A DNA stretch of 64,000 nt from an uncultured Gemmatimonadales bacterium. GTDB lineage: Bacteria; Gemmatimonadota; Gemmatimonadetes; Gemmatimonadales; GWC2-71-9. Of the stretch, positions 49,797-59,253 are shown in pieces. The stretch covers positions 192,001 to 256,000 of the forward strand of contig CAVOGR010000005.1 of the NCBI GenBank assembly GCA_963695555.1. The letters run 5' to 3'. A model generated the notes under the pieces. It was not told where the DNA came from. It was given only the letters and a program-made list of their open reading frames with translations, and did not search any database. Each line of letters opens with the position of its first letter. Position 1 is the first letter of the stretch. Position numbers and translations under genes: made by a program.

Positions 49797-51464
49797 CTAC
49801 GAGCCCTGCTGCAGCACCGCCATCCCCTGCTCGAACACGATGTCGACCGGAATCCCCGCGGTCGCCAGGCGATCCAGGTCGGCCTGGAGCTCGGGCCCGA
49901 TGGTGCCGTACTTCTCCATGTAGTCCTGGACTCCGTAGTAGTCGCCGTCGCCCTGATAGGTCAGGATCTTGGCCGAGAGCGCGTCCATGGCCTCCCGCAT
50001 CTTGGCAAAGTCCACCCGGTAGGTGCCGGTGGCCGGATCGCGGCTGAACGCACCCATCTCCTTGAAGAAGTTGAACCGGGCGACGTTGGCCCGACCATGT
50101 GCGCTCGAGGCGCCAAATCGGATCGAGCGGAAGATGCTGGCCATGAAGGTGACCAGGTTGTCGTTGAGATCCTCATTCGCGAGTTCATTCATTTCGTGGA
50201 GCTTGGTCACCATGTAGAGGCCCAGCACATCGGCCTTGCCCTCTTCGAGGGCGGAGGCCTCCTCCTTCAGCGCCTGGCGCACGGTGCCGCGGCCGTCGAG
50301 CGTGTTCTTGATGCCGAGCCCATGCGCCACCTCGTGGAACATGACGTTGCCGAAGAAGGCGTCGAAGGTGACGTGCTGCCGCTGGTCCTCGGCGATGAGC
50401 ATGCCGGCGATCGGTACCAGAATACGATCGAACTTGGCCCGCATGGCATTCTTGAGCTGGAGGCGCCGAGTCCCCTTCGCCAGCTGCACTTCCTCGTCGT
50501 TGGGCAGGTTGATCGCGATGGTCTTGGATCCGGCGTTGGCCTGACCCGCGTAGTAGACCACGTCGTACGCGTTGAGATCGGCATCCGTGCCCGGCTTCTC
50601 GCGTCGGTACTGGGCCGGGACCGGCAACCCGCGCTGAAGGGCCGGCAGTAGCGCCGCATAGCGCGACAACCGGCGGCTCCATTCCTTGTCCTTGACGAGG
50701 ACGACGCCTTCGTGCGCCGCCTTGTAGCCGTAGAGCTGGTCTTCGTATGTCTCGATCGGCCCCACCACGATGTCGATCCCATTGTCCTTCATGTCCATCC
50801 AGGCGACGTCGCTCGGCTGATAGTCGTCACTCAGCAACGCGTCGGCGCGGAGATTCAGGTACTGCTTGAGCCCGGGGTCATCGGCCAACTCAGCCGCCGC
50901 GCGAAGGTTCTGGGCCGCTCGGCCGTGCTCCGCGGCATAGGCCTCGGAGTAGGGCACGGTGGTCAGGGCACGGTTCTGGTCACGCCGCACCAACGTGTAG
51001 AGGCTCTTGAGCGCCGCCACCCGCTCGGGTCGAGCATCGAGCGCGGCCTCGAACTCGCCCTTGGACATGTCCGCCGGGTAGAAATTGGCGCCGGCCGGCT
51101 TGGGTCCGACGCCCGGAAGGAAGGGGGCGTCGCCGTCCACCCGGTCCCAAGGGCCGTAGTTGATCTCGGCGAAGCGTCGGAGCTGGGGGTCAGCGATCGA
51201 CGCGAGCAGGCTGTCCTTGTTGCCGTACGCTTGCTTCCAGTAGACGCGGTTCATTTCGCGCGCCGCCTCGATCAGGAGCGGCAGCATCTGCCGCTCATGC
51301 TCGGACAACTGGCTCATGTCGGTGGTGAGGCGCACGGAGGTGTACTTGTCGGTGAGCGCCGCGGACTCGGTGCTCCCACCGCCCGGGGTCGCCCGGTCGG
51401 CGCGGCACGCCGCGGCGAAGAGAGTGATCAGTCCGAGGGTGAGGTATAACGGCATCCGACGCAT
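49797..51464 (-). CDS. Peptidase M49 (dipeptidyl-peptidase III-like) lipoprotein
   Basis: Lipobox AAAC; GPIETYED, NLPND, HEVAH and EEGKAD motifs. Confidence 0.85.
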   Translation of the reverse strand: MRRMPLYLTLGLITLFAAACRADRATPGGGSTESAALTDKYTSVRLTTDMSQLSEHERQMLPLLIEAAREMNRVYWKQAYGNKDSLLASIADPQLRRFAEINYGPWDRVDGDAPFLPGVGPKPAGANFYPADMSKGEFEAALDARPERVAALKSLYTLVRRDQNRALTTVPYSEAYAAEHGRAAQNLRAAAELADDPGLKQYLNLRADALLSDDYQPSDVAWMDMKDNGIDIVVGPIETYEDQLYGYKAAHEGVVLVKDKEWSRRLSRYAALLPALQRGLPVPAQYRREKPGTDADLNAYDVVYYAGQANAGSKTIAINLPNDEEVQLAKGTRRLQLKNAMRAKFDRILVPIAGMLIAEDQRQHVTFDAFFGNVMFHEVAHGLGIKNTLDGRGTVRQALKEEASALEEGKADVLGLYMVTKLHEMNELANEDLNDNLVTFMASIFRSIRFGASSAHGRANVARFNFFKEMGAFSRDPATGTYRVDFAKMREAMDALSAKILTYQGDGDYYGVQDYMEKYGTIGPELQADLDRLATAGIPVDIVFEQGMAVLQQGS

Positions 51465-51641
51465 GCTCGACTCCGAGAATTGGTAGAGTAGCCTGGAAGA
51501 TAGGGCGCGACAGACGCAGGCGGGAGCCACCCGCCTCGCGGCTCTGTTGGTCTCGCGCGGGCTCTGGCTCACGCGGGTTGGAAAAACGCGGGGCGGCTCA
51601 GCGGCCCCCCCGCGTTCCACCCCAACCAACGAGGGAGGTAG

Positions 51642-52418
51642 CTATTTCTTGAACGCCGCCGCAGCGAGATCCGGCCGCATCATCCCGTCGCGAGTCTCGA
51701 CCCGGCGGGTGAGCTTGAACGCCTTCTCGAAGAGCGCATTGTCGGCGTCGCCGAGCTTTGCATCATTCCGGGCACCGGTCGCGTAATAATCCGCAGGGTC
51801 CATGCCGCTGTTCGCCACGATGTAGAGGGGGAGTTCCGGGCCGGTAATGGCCTGGTACACCCGCCAGCCGTTGTCCATGTTGTTGGCCTTATACATCGCC
51901 GCAAATTCCCGCGCCACGGCCTCGAGCTCCTGCGCCTTGCCCGGCAGCGGGTACCAGTAGGTCCAGTGGCGGAAGGTGCCCTCCGATTCCGCCTTGCTTG
52001 GATTGGCCGGGACGAAGGACATATCCGGCCTGAATGCCACCATCGAGGAGCCGGAGTGATCGACCAGCGCATCGGACTTGGCGAAGATCGCCGGTCCACC
52101 CGCTGCGGCTATGGCGGTCTCCCAGTCCCGGTTGATGCGGTCCATGTCGCCCATGCTCTGCATGGGGAAGGCGTAGAGGTACCAGTTTCCGGAGCCTGAA
52201 GCGGCGATCCAGTCGAGCTTGGCGCCTGCCGGAACGGCCAGGACCTTACCGAGCCCCTCCTTCAGCGCCGCTTCATAGGCCGCCGTGTTGGCGGGAGCCA
52301 CATAGTCGTTGTAGACGAACAACATGGGGGGCGTCGTCGGCTGCTCTTGGGCCATTGCTGTGGCCGGCTGTGCCAGGGCGAGGCTGAAGGCCGCGCCGAG
52401 CAATACGGCTGTTCTCAT
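51642..52418 (-). CDS. Secreted hypothetical protein (possible tandem dimeric alpha/beta-barrel)
   Basis: GGAGGA RBS, signal peptide AMA-Q, two internally similar halves ending in RPD. Confidence 0.7.
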   Translation of the reverse strand: MRTAVLLGAAFSLALAQPATAMAQEQPTTPPMLFVYNDYVAPANTAAYEAALKEGLGKVLAVPAGAKLDWIAASGSGNWYLYAFPMQSMGDMDRINRDWETAIAAAGGPAIFAKSDALVDHSGSSMVAFRPDMSFVPANPSKAESEGTFRHWTYWYPLPGKAQELEAVAREFAAMYKANNMDNGWRVYQAITGPELPLYIVANSGMDPADYYATGARNDAKLGDADNALFEKAFKLTRRVETRDGMMRPDLAAAAFKK

Positions 52419-52548
52419 TGCTGTCCTCCAGAACGAAGTAGAAAACGATTCGAGTCGTCCGCAACTAAGCCGCCCGGCAGGATGGGCGGGGCTGCCGCGA
52501 ATATATCCCCGGGACGTGGGTTGGGAAGGCGTCGCGGGGCCGGAATGG

Positions 52549-53244
52549 TCAGGGTTCGAGTAGATCAGCCAGGCGGGCTGCATGCAGCGGGTTCACCCCA
52601 TCGTCGTGCTTGAGAAAGACGTAGGCCTCGTTCCAGGATTGTCCCGCGATGCGATCGGCCCAGTCCTGGAGCCGGCCATCATCGTATGCGCTGCGACGCA
52701 ATCGGAAGTACCCCCAGTCGGTGGTGGCGACGAGCGGCGTTGCACCCTCATCGGTGTCCGCAACACAGAGGGCCACCCCGCGAGCGCCGAGCGCGGAATA
52801 GACCTCGTCGTCGAACCAACTCTCGTGCCGAAACTCGAATGCCGCCGGCCAGCCCTCCGGAAGGAGAGCGAGGAACTGCTCCAGCCGGGGCAGATCCTTC
52901 TTCATGTTGGGCGGCAGCTGGAAGAAAGTCGGGCCGCGCTTGGTCCCCAGCGCGGACGAGACCTGGACGAGGTAGGATAGCTCGTCCCCGGCGTCCTTCA
53001 GCCTCTTGAAATGGGTGATTCGCCGGGATGCCTTGAGGACGAATGTGAACGCATCCGGAACCTGTTCAGCCCATGAGACCACGACACTCTCCTTGGGCAG
53101 CCGGTAGAACGTGTTGTTGATCTCGACGGTCGAGAACCGGCCGGCATAGTAGCCCAGCATGTCCGCGGCCTTGAGATCCGCGGGGTAGAGCGTGCCCTTC
53201 CATTCTTTGTACGCGTACCCGCTCATGCCGACCAATGCGCGCAT
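52549..53244 (-). CDS. DUF72 family protein
   Basis: G.SGY.Y.EW.G..YP, VEINNTFY, QLPP, EFRH.SW, YFRL motifs. Confidence 0.92.
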   Translation of the reverse strand: MRALVGMSGYAYKEWKGTLYPADLKAADMLGYYAGRFSTVEINNTFYRLPKESVVVSWAEQVPDAFTFVLKASRRITHFKRLKDAGDELSYLVQVSSALGTKRGPTFFQLPPNMKKDLPRLEQFLALLPEGWPAAFEFRHESWFDDEVYSALGARGVALCVADTDEGATPLVATTDWGYFRLRRSAYDDGRLQDWADRIAGQSWNEAYVFLKHDDGVNPLHAARLADLLEP

Positions 53245-53691
53245 GCGGCCCCTTTCGACGACGGTGGCCGAAACCTCGCAGCCGGGACCAGAGAGTCGCA
53301 ACCCTGACACGGATGGTGCAAGCAGCTGCAGTGCGACAGGCCGCTGCAGGTATCGGCAGGCTTGGAGCTTCCAGGATACGACATGGTGGCGTCGTTGCTA
53401 CGATCCGGGGTGCACGGGTGAAGTAGGCGCCTGGGCTACCCCTAGAAAGCGCGGTGGGCAAGGGAAACGCAACGGATCCTAACATATTATCTTTGCGTGA
53501 GTTAACAAGCTTATGTCATACCACCTGCCTGAACGGATCGCCGGGACCAGGACTGAGGATTTCGAGGCATGCGGATTGCAGAAGAAAGGTCCCGGTTACG
53601 TGTGAGCTGTCAGTATTTTGACCCGGTGGACGTGGCCGCCTACTCCGTCCGGGACGGGATTCGCATTGCCACTCCATGGCAGGGAGGCAGC

Positions 53692-53817
53692 ATGAAGAAG
53701 AGGTACGAGAAGCCAGAACTCCAGCGCTTTGGGAAATTCCGAGATCTGACACTGGACTGGTGCTCGGACAACCTGGGTCATCCGCGTTGGGAAGCGGAGG
53801 GGTGCCGGACCAGCTGA
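53692..53817 (+). CDS. RiPP precursor peptide with lasso-type leader (41 aa)
   Basis: MKKRYEKPELQRFGKFRDLT-LDWCSDNLGHPRWEAEGCRTS; YxxPxL..G....T leader; GGGAGG RBS; followed by a terminator. Confidence 0.75.
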   Translation: MKKRYEKPELQRFGKFRDLTLDWCSDNLGHPRWEAEGCRTS

Positions 53818-53861
53818 TCTGTGGTTCCCGAAGGTGCGCGAAACCTCCAATCGCATTACGG

Positions 53862-53900
53862 AACGAGAGGGGCATCACAGATGCCCCTCTCGTTGCTTTG
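53862..53900 (+). terminator. Intrinsic terminator after the peptide gene
   Basis: aacgagaggggcatc-aca-gatgcccctctcgtt followed by gcttt. Confidence 0.8.
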
Positions 53901-54075
53901 TTCGTCGGTCTTTGGCCTACGGATCCGGAGGATCAACACGACGATGACACCGGGAGTTGAACCCGGCAAGAGCTAGGCCGCGGCGCGACTTCCCTTTGCT
54001 CCGGCCCCCATTAGGTTCAAGCCTGCCATCCCGATCCTTCCGCGCGCCACCAACAGCCATTTCTCCGGGTGCGTT

Positions 54076-55563
54076 ATGGCCTTCGATACCACCGTGCTCG
54101 CCGTCCAGCCTCACCGTCATGCGACCCCTCTTCTGGCCGTTCTCGTGCTCAAGGGCAAGATGCCCGCGAGCCTCCAGCAACTGGACGGTACCCTTGGCGG
54201 CGCGCTCGGACGGTTGTACGCGTCCGGTGACTTCATCGGCAAGAAGGGCGAGGCTGCGCTGCTCCATCCTGCCGGTCCTGCCGATCGGGTGCTTCTGGTG
54301 GGGTTGGGGGAGGCGAAGGAGATTGTGCCCAGCCAGGTCCGAGAAGCAAGCGCGACTGCGGCACGCCGCGCAGGGGCGATGGGGGCTCGGACTGCCGCGC
54401 TCTATCTGACCGCGGAGGCGCTCGACCTGGTTGCGGCAAAGGCCGCCGGACAGGCAATGGCCGAAGGCGCGGCGTTTGGGGCCTGGGACTTCATCGAGCT
54501 CCGCCGAAAAGAGGACGACGAACGGCCACTGCTCGAGCGGATGGAAATCCTGGCTCCCCGGAAGACCAAGACCGTTGAGGCTGGGCAGCTGGTCGGTGCG
54601 GCCATCGGTGCCGGCCAATCGTTCGCGCGCGACCTGCAAATGCAGCCGGGCAACATCTGCACGCCCGCCTACTTGGCCCGGTCTGCCAAGGACCTGGGAA
54701 CCCGGCACAAGTTCGGGGTGACGGTGCTCGACCGGCGGGCAATTGTGAAGGAAGGACTGACCGCTCTCATGGCGGTCGCGCAAGGCAGCGCCGAGGACCC
54801 GCGGTTCATCGTGCTGGAGTACCGCCGTGGCGGTGCACGGAAGCCGGTCGTGCTCGTGGGGAAGGGCGTCACATTCGACACCGGCGGCATCTCGATCAAG
54901 CCGGCGGCGAGCATGGAGGAGATGAAGTTCGACATGTCGGGGGCAGCCGCCGTCCTCGGTGTGTTCGAGATGCTGGGCCGGCTCAAGCCGAAGCTGAACG
55001 TGGTGGGTCTGATCCCCGCCACGGAGAACATGCCATCGGGCACCGCGATCAAGCCGGGGGATGTGGTGCGGGCGCATCTTGGAAAGACCATCGAGATCGT
55101 CAATACGGACGCTGAAGGGCGCTTGATTCTGTGCGATGCGCTTTCCTACGCCCGCCGCTACAAGCCCGCCTGCGCCGTGGACATCGCCACCTTGACTGGT
55201 GCCGTGGTGATCGCGTTGGGCGATGCCGCGATGGCGGTGATGGGCAACGACGAATCTTTGGTCGAGGCCCTGCGAGCCTCCGGCGAACGCTCAGGGGAAC
55301 GGGCATGGCCGCTCCCGATGTGGGACGAGTACCGCGAACTGATCAAGTCTCAGATTGCCGACGTGAAGAACTCGGGTGGGCGTCTGGCCGGCTCCATCAG
55401 CGCCGGGTGGTTCCTCCGTGAATTCGTCGAGGGGTTTCCCTGGGCCCATCTCGACATTGCGGGCACCGCCTATTCCGATCGCGAGAAGCCGACTCGGGTC
55501 AAAGGGCCCACCGGGAGTGGAGTTCGACTCCTGAGCGACTTCGTTCTGTCACGCAAGTTTTAA
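54076..55563 (+). CDS. pepA: Leucyl aminopeptidase (M17)
   Basis: VGKGVTFDTGG, MKFDMSG, NTDAEGRL, ATLTGA, HLDIAG. Confidence 0.95.
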   Translation: MAFDTTVLAVQPHRHATPLLAVLVLKGKMPASLQQLDGTLGGALGRLYASGDFIGKKGEAALLHPAGPADRVLLVGLGEAKEIVPSQVREASATAARRAGAMGARTAALYLTAEALDLVAAKAAGQAMAEGAAFGAWDFIELRRKEDDERPLLERMEILAPRKTKTVEAGQLVGAAIGAGQSFARDLQMQPGNICTPAYLARSAKDLGTRHKFGVTVLDRRAIVKEGLTALMAVAQGSAEDPRFIVLEYRRGGARKPVVLVGKGVTFDTGGISIKPAASMEEMKFDMSGAAAVLGVFEMLGRLKPKLNVVGLIPATENMPSGTAIKPGDVVRAHLGKTIEIVNTDAEGRLILCDALSYARRYKPACAVDIATLTGAVVIALGDAAMAVMGNDESLVEALRASGERSGERAWPLPMWDEYRELIKSQIADVKNSGGRLAGSISAGWFLREFVEGFPWAHLDIAGTAYSDREKPTRVKGPTGSGVRLLSDFVLSRKF

Positions 55564-55581
55564 AGGCGCGGCGAGGCTGCC

Positions 55582-57378
55582 GTGCGTGTTGCTTTCCACC
55601 TGGCCGCTTTGATCGCTTTCGGCGCCATCGCGTCCGGCGTGTCCGCTCAGATCCCCGATAGCCTGCCACGGGATTCGGTCCCCCAAGACACGGTCGACCA
55701 GACTGCGCGGTTCCTCGAAGCGCGGGCGCTCGAGGCCGAAGACGTTGGTGTCTTCCCGCTTGTCGGGTCGGAGGGCGTGCGCTCGCCGGGAAGCCGCATC
55801 GTGTTCACCAGAGATTCAATCGACTGGGCCAATGCCCAGACCCTCGGCGACCTGTTGGCACAAGTGCCCGGGGTGTTTCTGTGGCGAGGCGGGTGGATTG
55901 GCCGTCCGGAACTGCCGAACTACGAAGCGCGTGGCGCCGCCTCGGTGGAGTACTTCCTGGACGGACTTCCCTTCCTGCCCGTCGGCCAAGACAGCCTCAG
56001 CGTTGATCCCGTCCTGATTTCCCTCAGCTTGCTGGAACGGATCGAGGTGGAGCAGTGGCCCGGTCTGCTGCGCGTACGGCTCTTCACCCGGCGGCACAAT
56101 CGTCTGGCCGCGCGGTCCCGGATCGGTATCGCGACGGGTGACGACGATGTGGCACGCTACGATGGGGCGCTCGAACGGCGCTTCAAGTCCGGGCTCGGCT
56201 TTTCGTTCGCCGCCGATTTCCTAAGTGCACCTACCGCCAGCGGCGTCGCGAGCGACCATGAACAGACCCAATACTGGATCCAAATGGGGTATCTCCCATC
56301 GCCGCGGTTCGGCGTCCAGGCTCAGCTATTGCGAACCGAGCCCAAGCGGGACCCGTTTCTTGGAATAGGCCAGACCGACACCATCGGGTCGGGCCTCGAG
56401 GGAAAGCGAAGCGACTACCAGGTGCGGCTCTTCAGCCGGCGTGGATCGGATGAACGTCCGCTCCGCGTCGATGTGCTGTACGGCCGCACCACATGGGACG
56501 GGAGCGGCGTGACACAGGCGGTGGATCGGTATGGCGCGACGGTCGCCTATCGTGTCCCGACTCTTTCGCTGGGCCTGTCGGCGTTCGGCGCGTCGCGGTG
56601 GACCACGCTCGAATTGGGCACTGAGGCCGGGTGGTCGCCGGTGGAGGGGCTGTCGTTCCACGCGGAGGGGCATTATGGGCGCCACGACGCCGATCGGTCG
56701 AGCACCTGGGTCGGCCTCGGCGCCGGGTTCCGTCTGCCACTCGGTGTGATCCTGTCCGGTTCGGCTCGGATCGGCTCGGTGGTGGCCACGCCGGCCCTGG
56801 ACGCCGATTCCGCCCAAGACCTGCGGGATGTACGCGTTTCGGCCGGCTGGAACGGCAAGCGGCTGGGGCTGGAAGTGGGGTTGAGCCGGACCGCCGCATT
56901 CCAGCCGAGGGCGTTTCAGCCGTTTCTCGCGGTGGCCTCCCTCGCGGCAGTGCCCGAGACTGAGTGGCTCACGGCCGCCGTCCGAGTGGCGCCGCTCTCG
57001 TGGCTCACGCTCGCCGGGTGGTACAGCGATCCCATGGGGGGCTCGGTGCCGGACGGCCAGCCGCCGGAGCACATGGTCGGAAAAGCGACGATACGGTCGG
57101 GCTTTCTCCGGAAATTTCCGAGTGGGACGTTCGACCTCAAACTGGAGCTCACGGTGGAGCGATGGGGCACCGGGGTCCTGGGCCGCGATGGGGCAGGGGC
57201 CGCGATCGTGCATCCCGGCGCAACCCTGCTCCGGGGCCTGGCCCAAATCCAACTCGGCCGGCTCCACATCTTCTATGACCGCTACAACTTCCAAGGCACC
57301 AACGCCGCGTACGTGCCCGGGTTCACGGTGCCCACCTTCAACACCACGTGGGGAGTCCGCTGGGAATTCCTGAACTGA
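55582..57378 (+). CDS. Outer-membrane protein with TonB-dependent-receptor plug-like domain
   Basis: Signal peptide; TLGDLLAQVPGV, YFLDG.P, LERIEV; C-terminal GVRWEF. Confidence 0.7.
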   Translation: MRVAFHLAALIAFGAIASGVSAQIPDSLPRDSVPQDTVDQTARFLEARALEAEDVGVFPLVGSEGVRSPGSRIVFTRDSIDWANAQTLGDLLAQVPGVFLWRGGWIGRPELPNYEARGAASVEYFLDGLPFLPVGQDSLSVDPVLISLSLLERIEVEQWPGLLRVRLFTRRHNRLAARSRIGIATGDDDVARYDGALERRFKSGLGFSFAADFLSAPTASGVASDHEQTQYWIQMGYLPSPRFGVQAQLLRTEPKRDPFLGIGQTDTIGSGLEGKRSDYQVRLFSRRGSDERPLRVDVLYGRTTWDGSGVTQAVDRYGATVAYRVPTLSLGLSAFGASRWTTLELGTEAGWSPVEGLSFHAEGHYGRHDADRSSTWVGLGAGFRLPLGVILSGSARIGSVVATPALDADSAQDLRDVRVSAGWNGKRLGLEVGLSRTAAFQPRAFQPFLAVASLAAVPETEWLTAAVRVAPLSWLTLAGWYSDPMGGSVPDGQPPEHMVGKATIRSGFLRKFPSGTFDLKLELTVERWGTGVLGRDGAGAAIVHPGATLLRGLAQIQLGRLHIFYDRYNFQGTNAAYVPGFTVPTFNTTWGVRWEFLN

Positions 57379-57498
57379 GTCCGCGCGTCCGGGTTGGCGG
57401 GGCCGGCGTGAGGCAATCGTGTTGATTGTGGCGGGGCTACCGCTGGTGTCGCTACAAGCTTATTTTTAAAGGCTTTACCCGAGCCTGGAGGCCGACGC

Positions 57499-58374
57499 GT
57501 GGCCCACAGCATGACGGGATTCGGGGCGGGTGAGGGGCTAGTCGCGGGAGGACGGTTGCGGGTCGAGATCCGCACGGTCAATCACCGTTTCTTCAACGTC
57601 GCCCTCAAGCTGCCTGCCAACTTGGCCGTCCTCGAGCCCGATCTTCGCGAGCAGTTGCGCCGCGACTTCGAGCGGGGCCACATCGCGGTGACCGGGCGGT
57701 GGGCGGTGTACCCCCAGGAAGGGGAGTCCTCGCTCTATTTGAATCTGGAGCGTGCCCGAGCGGTCGTCGCCCATTTGCGCGAACTCCAGACCGCGCTCGG
57801 GATCGGCGGCGACGTCGATGTCGGCCTGGTTGCTCGGCAACCCGACGTGCTCGGCTCGGTGGCGACCGAGCTGACGGTTGCGTGGAAGGACGTCGAGGCC
57901 ATCGTGCTCGAAGCCGTCGCCGAGTGCAAGGCGATGCGTCGGCGCGAAGGGGCCGTGCTGGTTGCCGAAATGCGCCACCGACTCGATCGGCTGGAAAGCC
58001 TTGCCGCGGCAGTGACGGCCAGGGCCCCGGAGCGGCTCACGCGGGAGCGCGACCGCCTCCGACAAGCGGTGGCCGATCTCTTGGACGGGCGGCAGATCGA
58101 TGAGAGCCGGTTGGCACTGGAAGTCGCGCTGATCGCCGACAAGGTCGATCTGACCGAAGAACTCGTCCGGCTCGGCGCCCACGTCGCTGCGGCCCGGGAC
58201 TCTCTGGATACGGACGGGGCGGTCGGAAAGCGGCTGGGTTTTCTGGCGCAGGAAATGGGGCGCGAGATCAACACGCTCGGGTCTAAGGCCAACGACGCGG
58301 AGATTGCGGCGCAGGTCATAGAAATGAAGGGCGAGCTCGAGAAACTCCGCGAGCAGCTCGAGAACATCGAGTGA
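57499..58374 (+). CDS. yicC: YicC/YloC family endoribonuclease
   Basis: SMTGFG, TVNHRF, D.TEELVRL, QEMGREINTLGSKA, REQ.ENIE. Confidence 0.93.
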   Translation: MAHSMTGFGAGEGLVAGGRLRVEIRTVNHRFFNVALKLPANLAVLEPDLREQLRRDFERGHIAVTGRWAVYPQEGESSLYLNLERARAVVAHLRELQTALGIGGDVDVGLVARQPDVLGSVATELTVAWKDVEAIVLEAVAECKAMRRREGAVLVAEMRHRLDRLESLAAAVTARAPERLTRERDRLRQAVADLLDGRQIDESRLALEVALIADKVDLTEELVRLGAHVAAARDSLDTDGAVGKRLGFLAQEMGREINTLGSKANDAEIAAQVIEMKGELEKLREQLENIE

Positions 58375-59039
58375 CGGGTCTTCTCCTCGTCCTCTCGTCA
58401 CCGTCAGGTGGTGGCAAAACGACCATCGCGCGGCGGCTGATCGAGCGGCGGACCGACATGGCCTTTTCGGTCTCCGCCACGACCCGGCCGATGCGGCCGG
58501 GCGAGCGGGACGGAGTCGATTACCATTTTCTGGCTGCCGAAGAATTCCGGCGCCGGGAAGCGGCAGGAGAGTTTCTGGAGACGGCGTCGTACGAGGGCCA
58601 CCGATACGGCACACTCACGGGTGAGATCCGTGCCATCGTGGAGGCCGGTCGTCACGCGGTGCTCGATATCGAGGTGGAGGGTGGCCGGCAAGTACGCCGA
58701 CAACGGCCCGATGCGGTTTTGGTCTTCATTCTGCCGCCCGCGGTCGACGTGTTGACAGCGCGGCTCGAGGCCCGGAAGACGGACGATCTCGGTGTCGTCG
58801 CCGGTCGGCTGCTTGCAGCGGCCGAGGAGGTACAGGTTGCTCGGGAGTATGACTACCTGGTGGTCAACGACGACCTGGAGCATGCAATCCATCAGGTCGA
58901 GGCTATAGTGGAAGCCGAGGCGAGGCGGGTCGAGCGACACGCCGGGCTCTCAGACATGATCGACTCATTCCGTCGTGATGTCCTAGCAGCGGCGGCCGGT
59001 TTTCGGGAACGCGCACGAGCGAAGGAGCACAATCGATGA
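58371..59039 (+). CDS. gmk: Guanylate kinase
   Basis: SPSGGGKTT, SATTR..RPGE.DG.DYHF, YGT. Confidence 0.96.
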   Translation: MTGLLLVLSSPSGGGKTTIARRLIERRTDMAFSVSATTRPMRPGERDGVDYHFLAAEEFRRREAAGEFLETASYEGHRYGTLTGEIRAIVEAGRHAVLDIEVEGGRQVRRQRPDAVLVFILPPAVDVLTARLEARKTDDLGVVAGRLLAAAEEVQVAREYDYLVVNDDLEHAIHQVEAIVEAEARRVERHAGLSDMIDSFRRDVLAAAAGFRERARAKEHNR

Positions 59040-59251
59040 AGATCTACACCCCGCACGAAGCAGCCGCTGCCGCTGACGGCAACAAATACCTCGGTGTTCT
59101 CGTCGCGTCGCGGTTTGCGCGGTACCTGAACGAGTTCCCCCGGGATCGTCTCGCCGATCAAGACGAGAAGCTCACGACGACGGCGCTCGACGCGCTGGCT
59201 CGGCAGGAGCTGTCCTACAAGCTGGTCCGCCGCCGCCGCTCCGAGGCGTAA
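59036..59251 (+). CDS. rpoZ: RNA polymerase omega subunit
   Basis: NKY..V..A...AR motif; position between gmk and coaBC. Confidence 0.85.
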   Translation: MKIYTPHEAAAAADGNKYLGVLVASRFARYLNEFPRDRLADQDEKLTTTALDALARQELSYKLVRRRRSEA

Positions 59252-59253
59252 TC

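Noticed and set aside
46280..55535. Genomic island integrated at tRNA-Leu
   Set aside because: No integrase. The only echo of the tRNA 3' end I noticed is an 11-nt gagttcgactc inside pepA, too short to be an att site.
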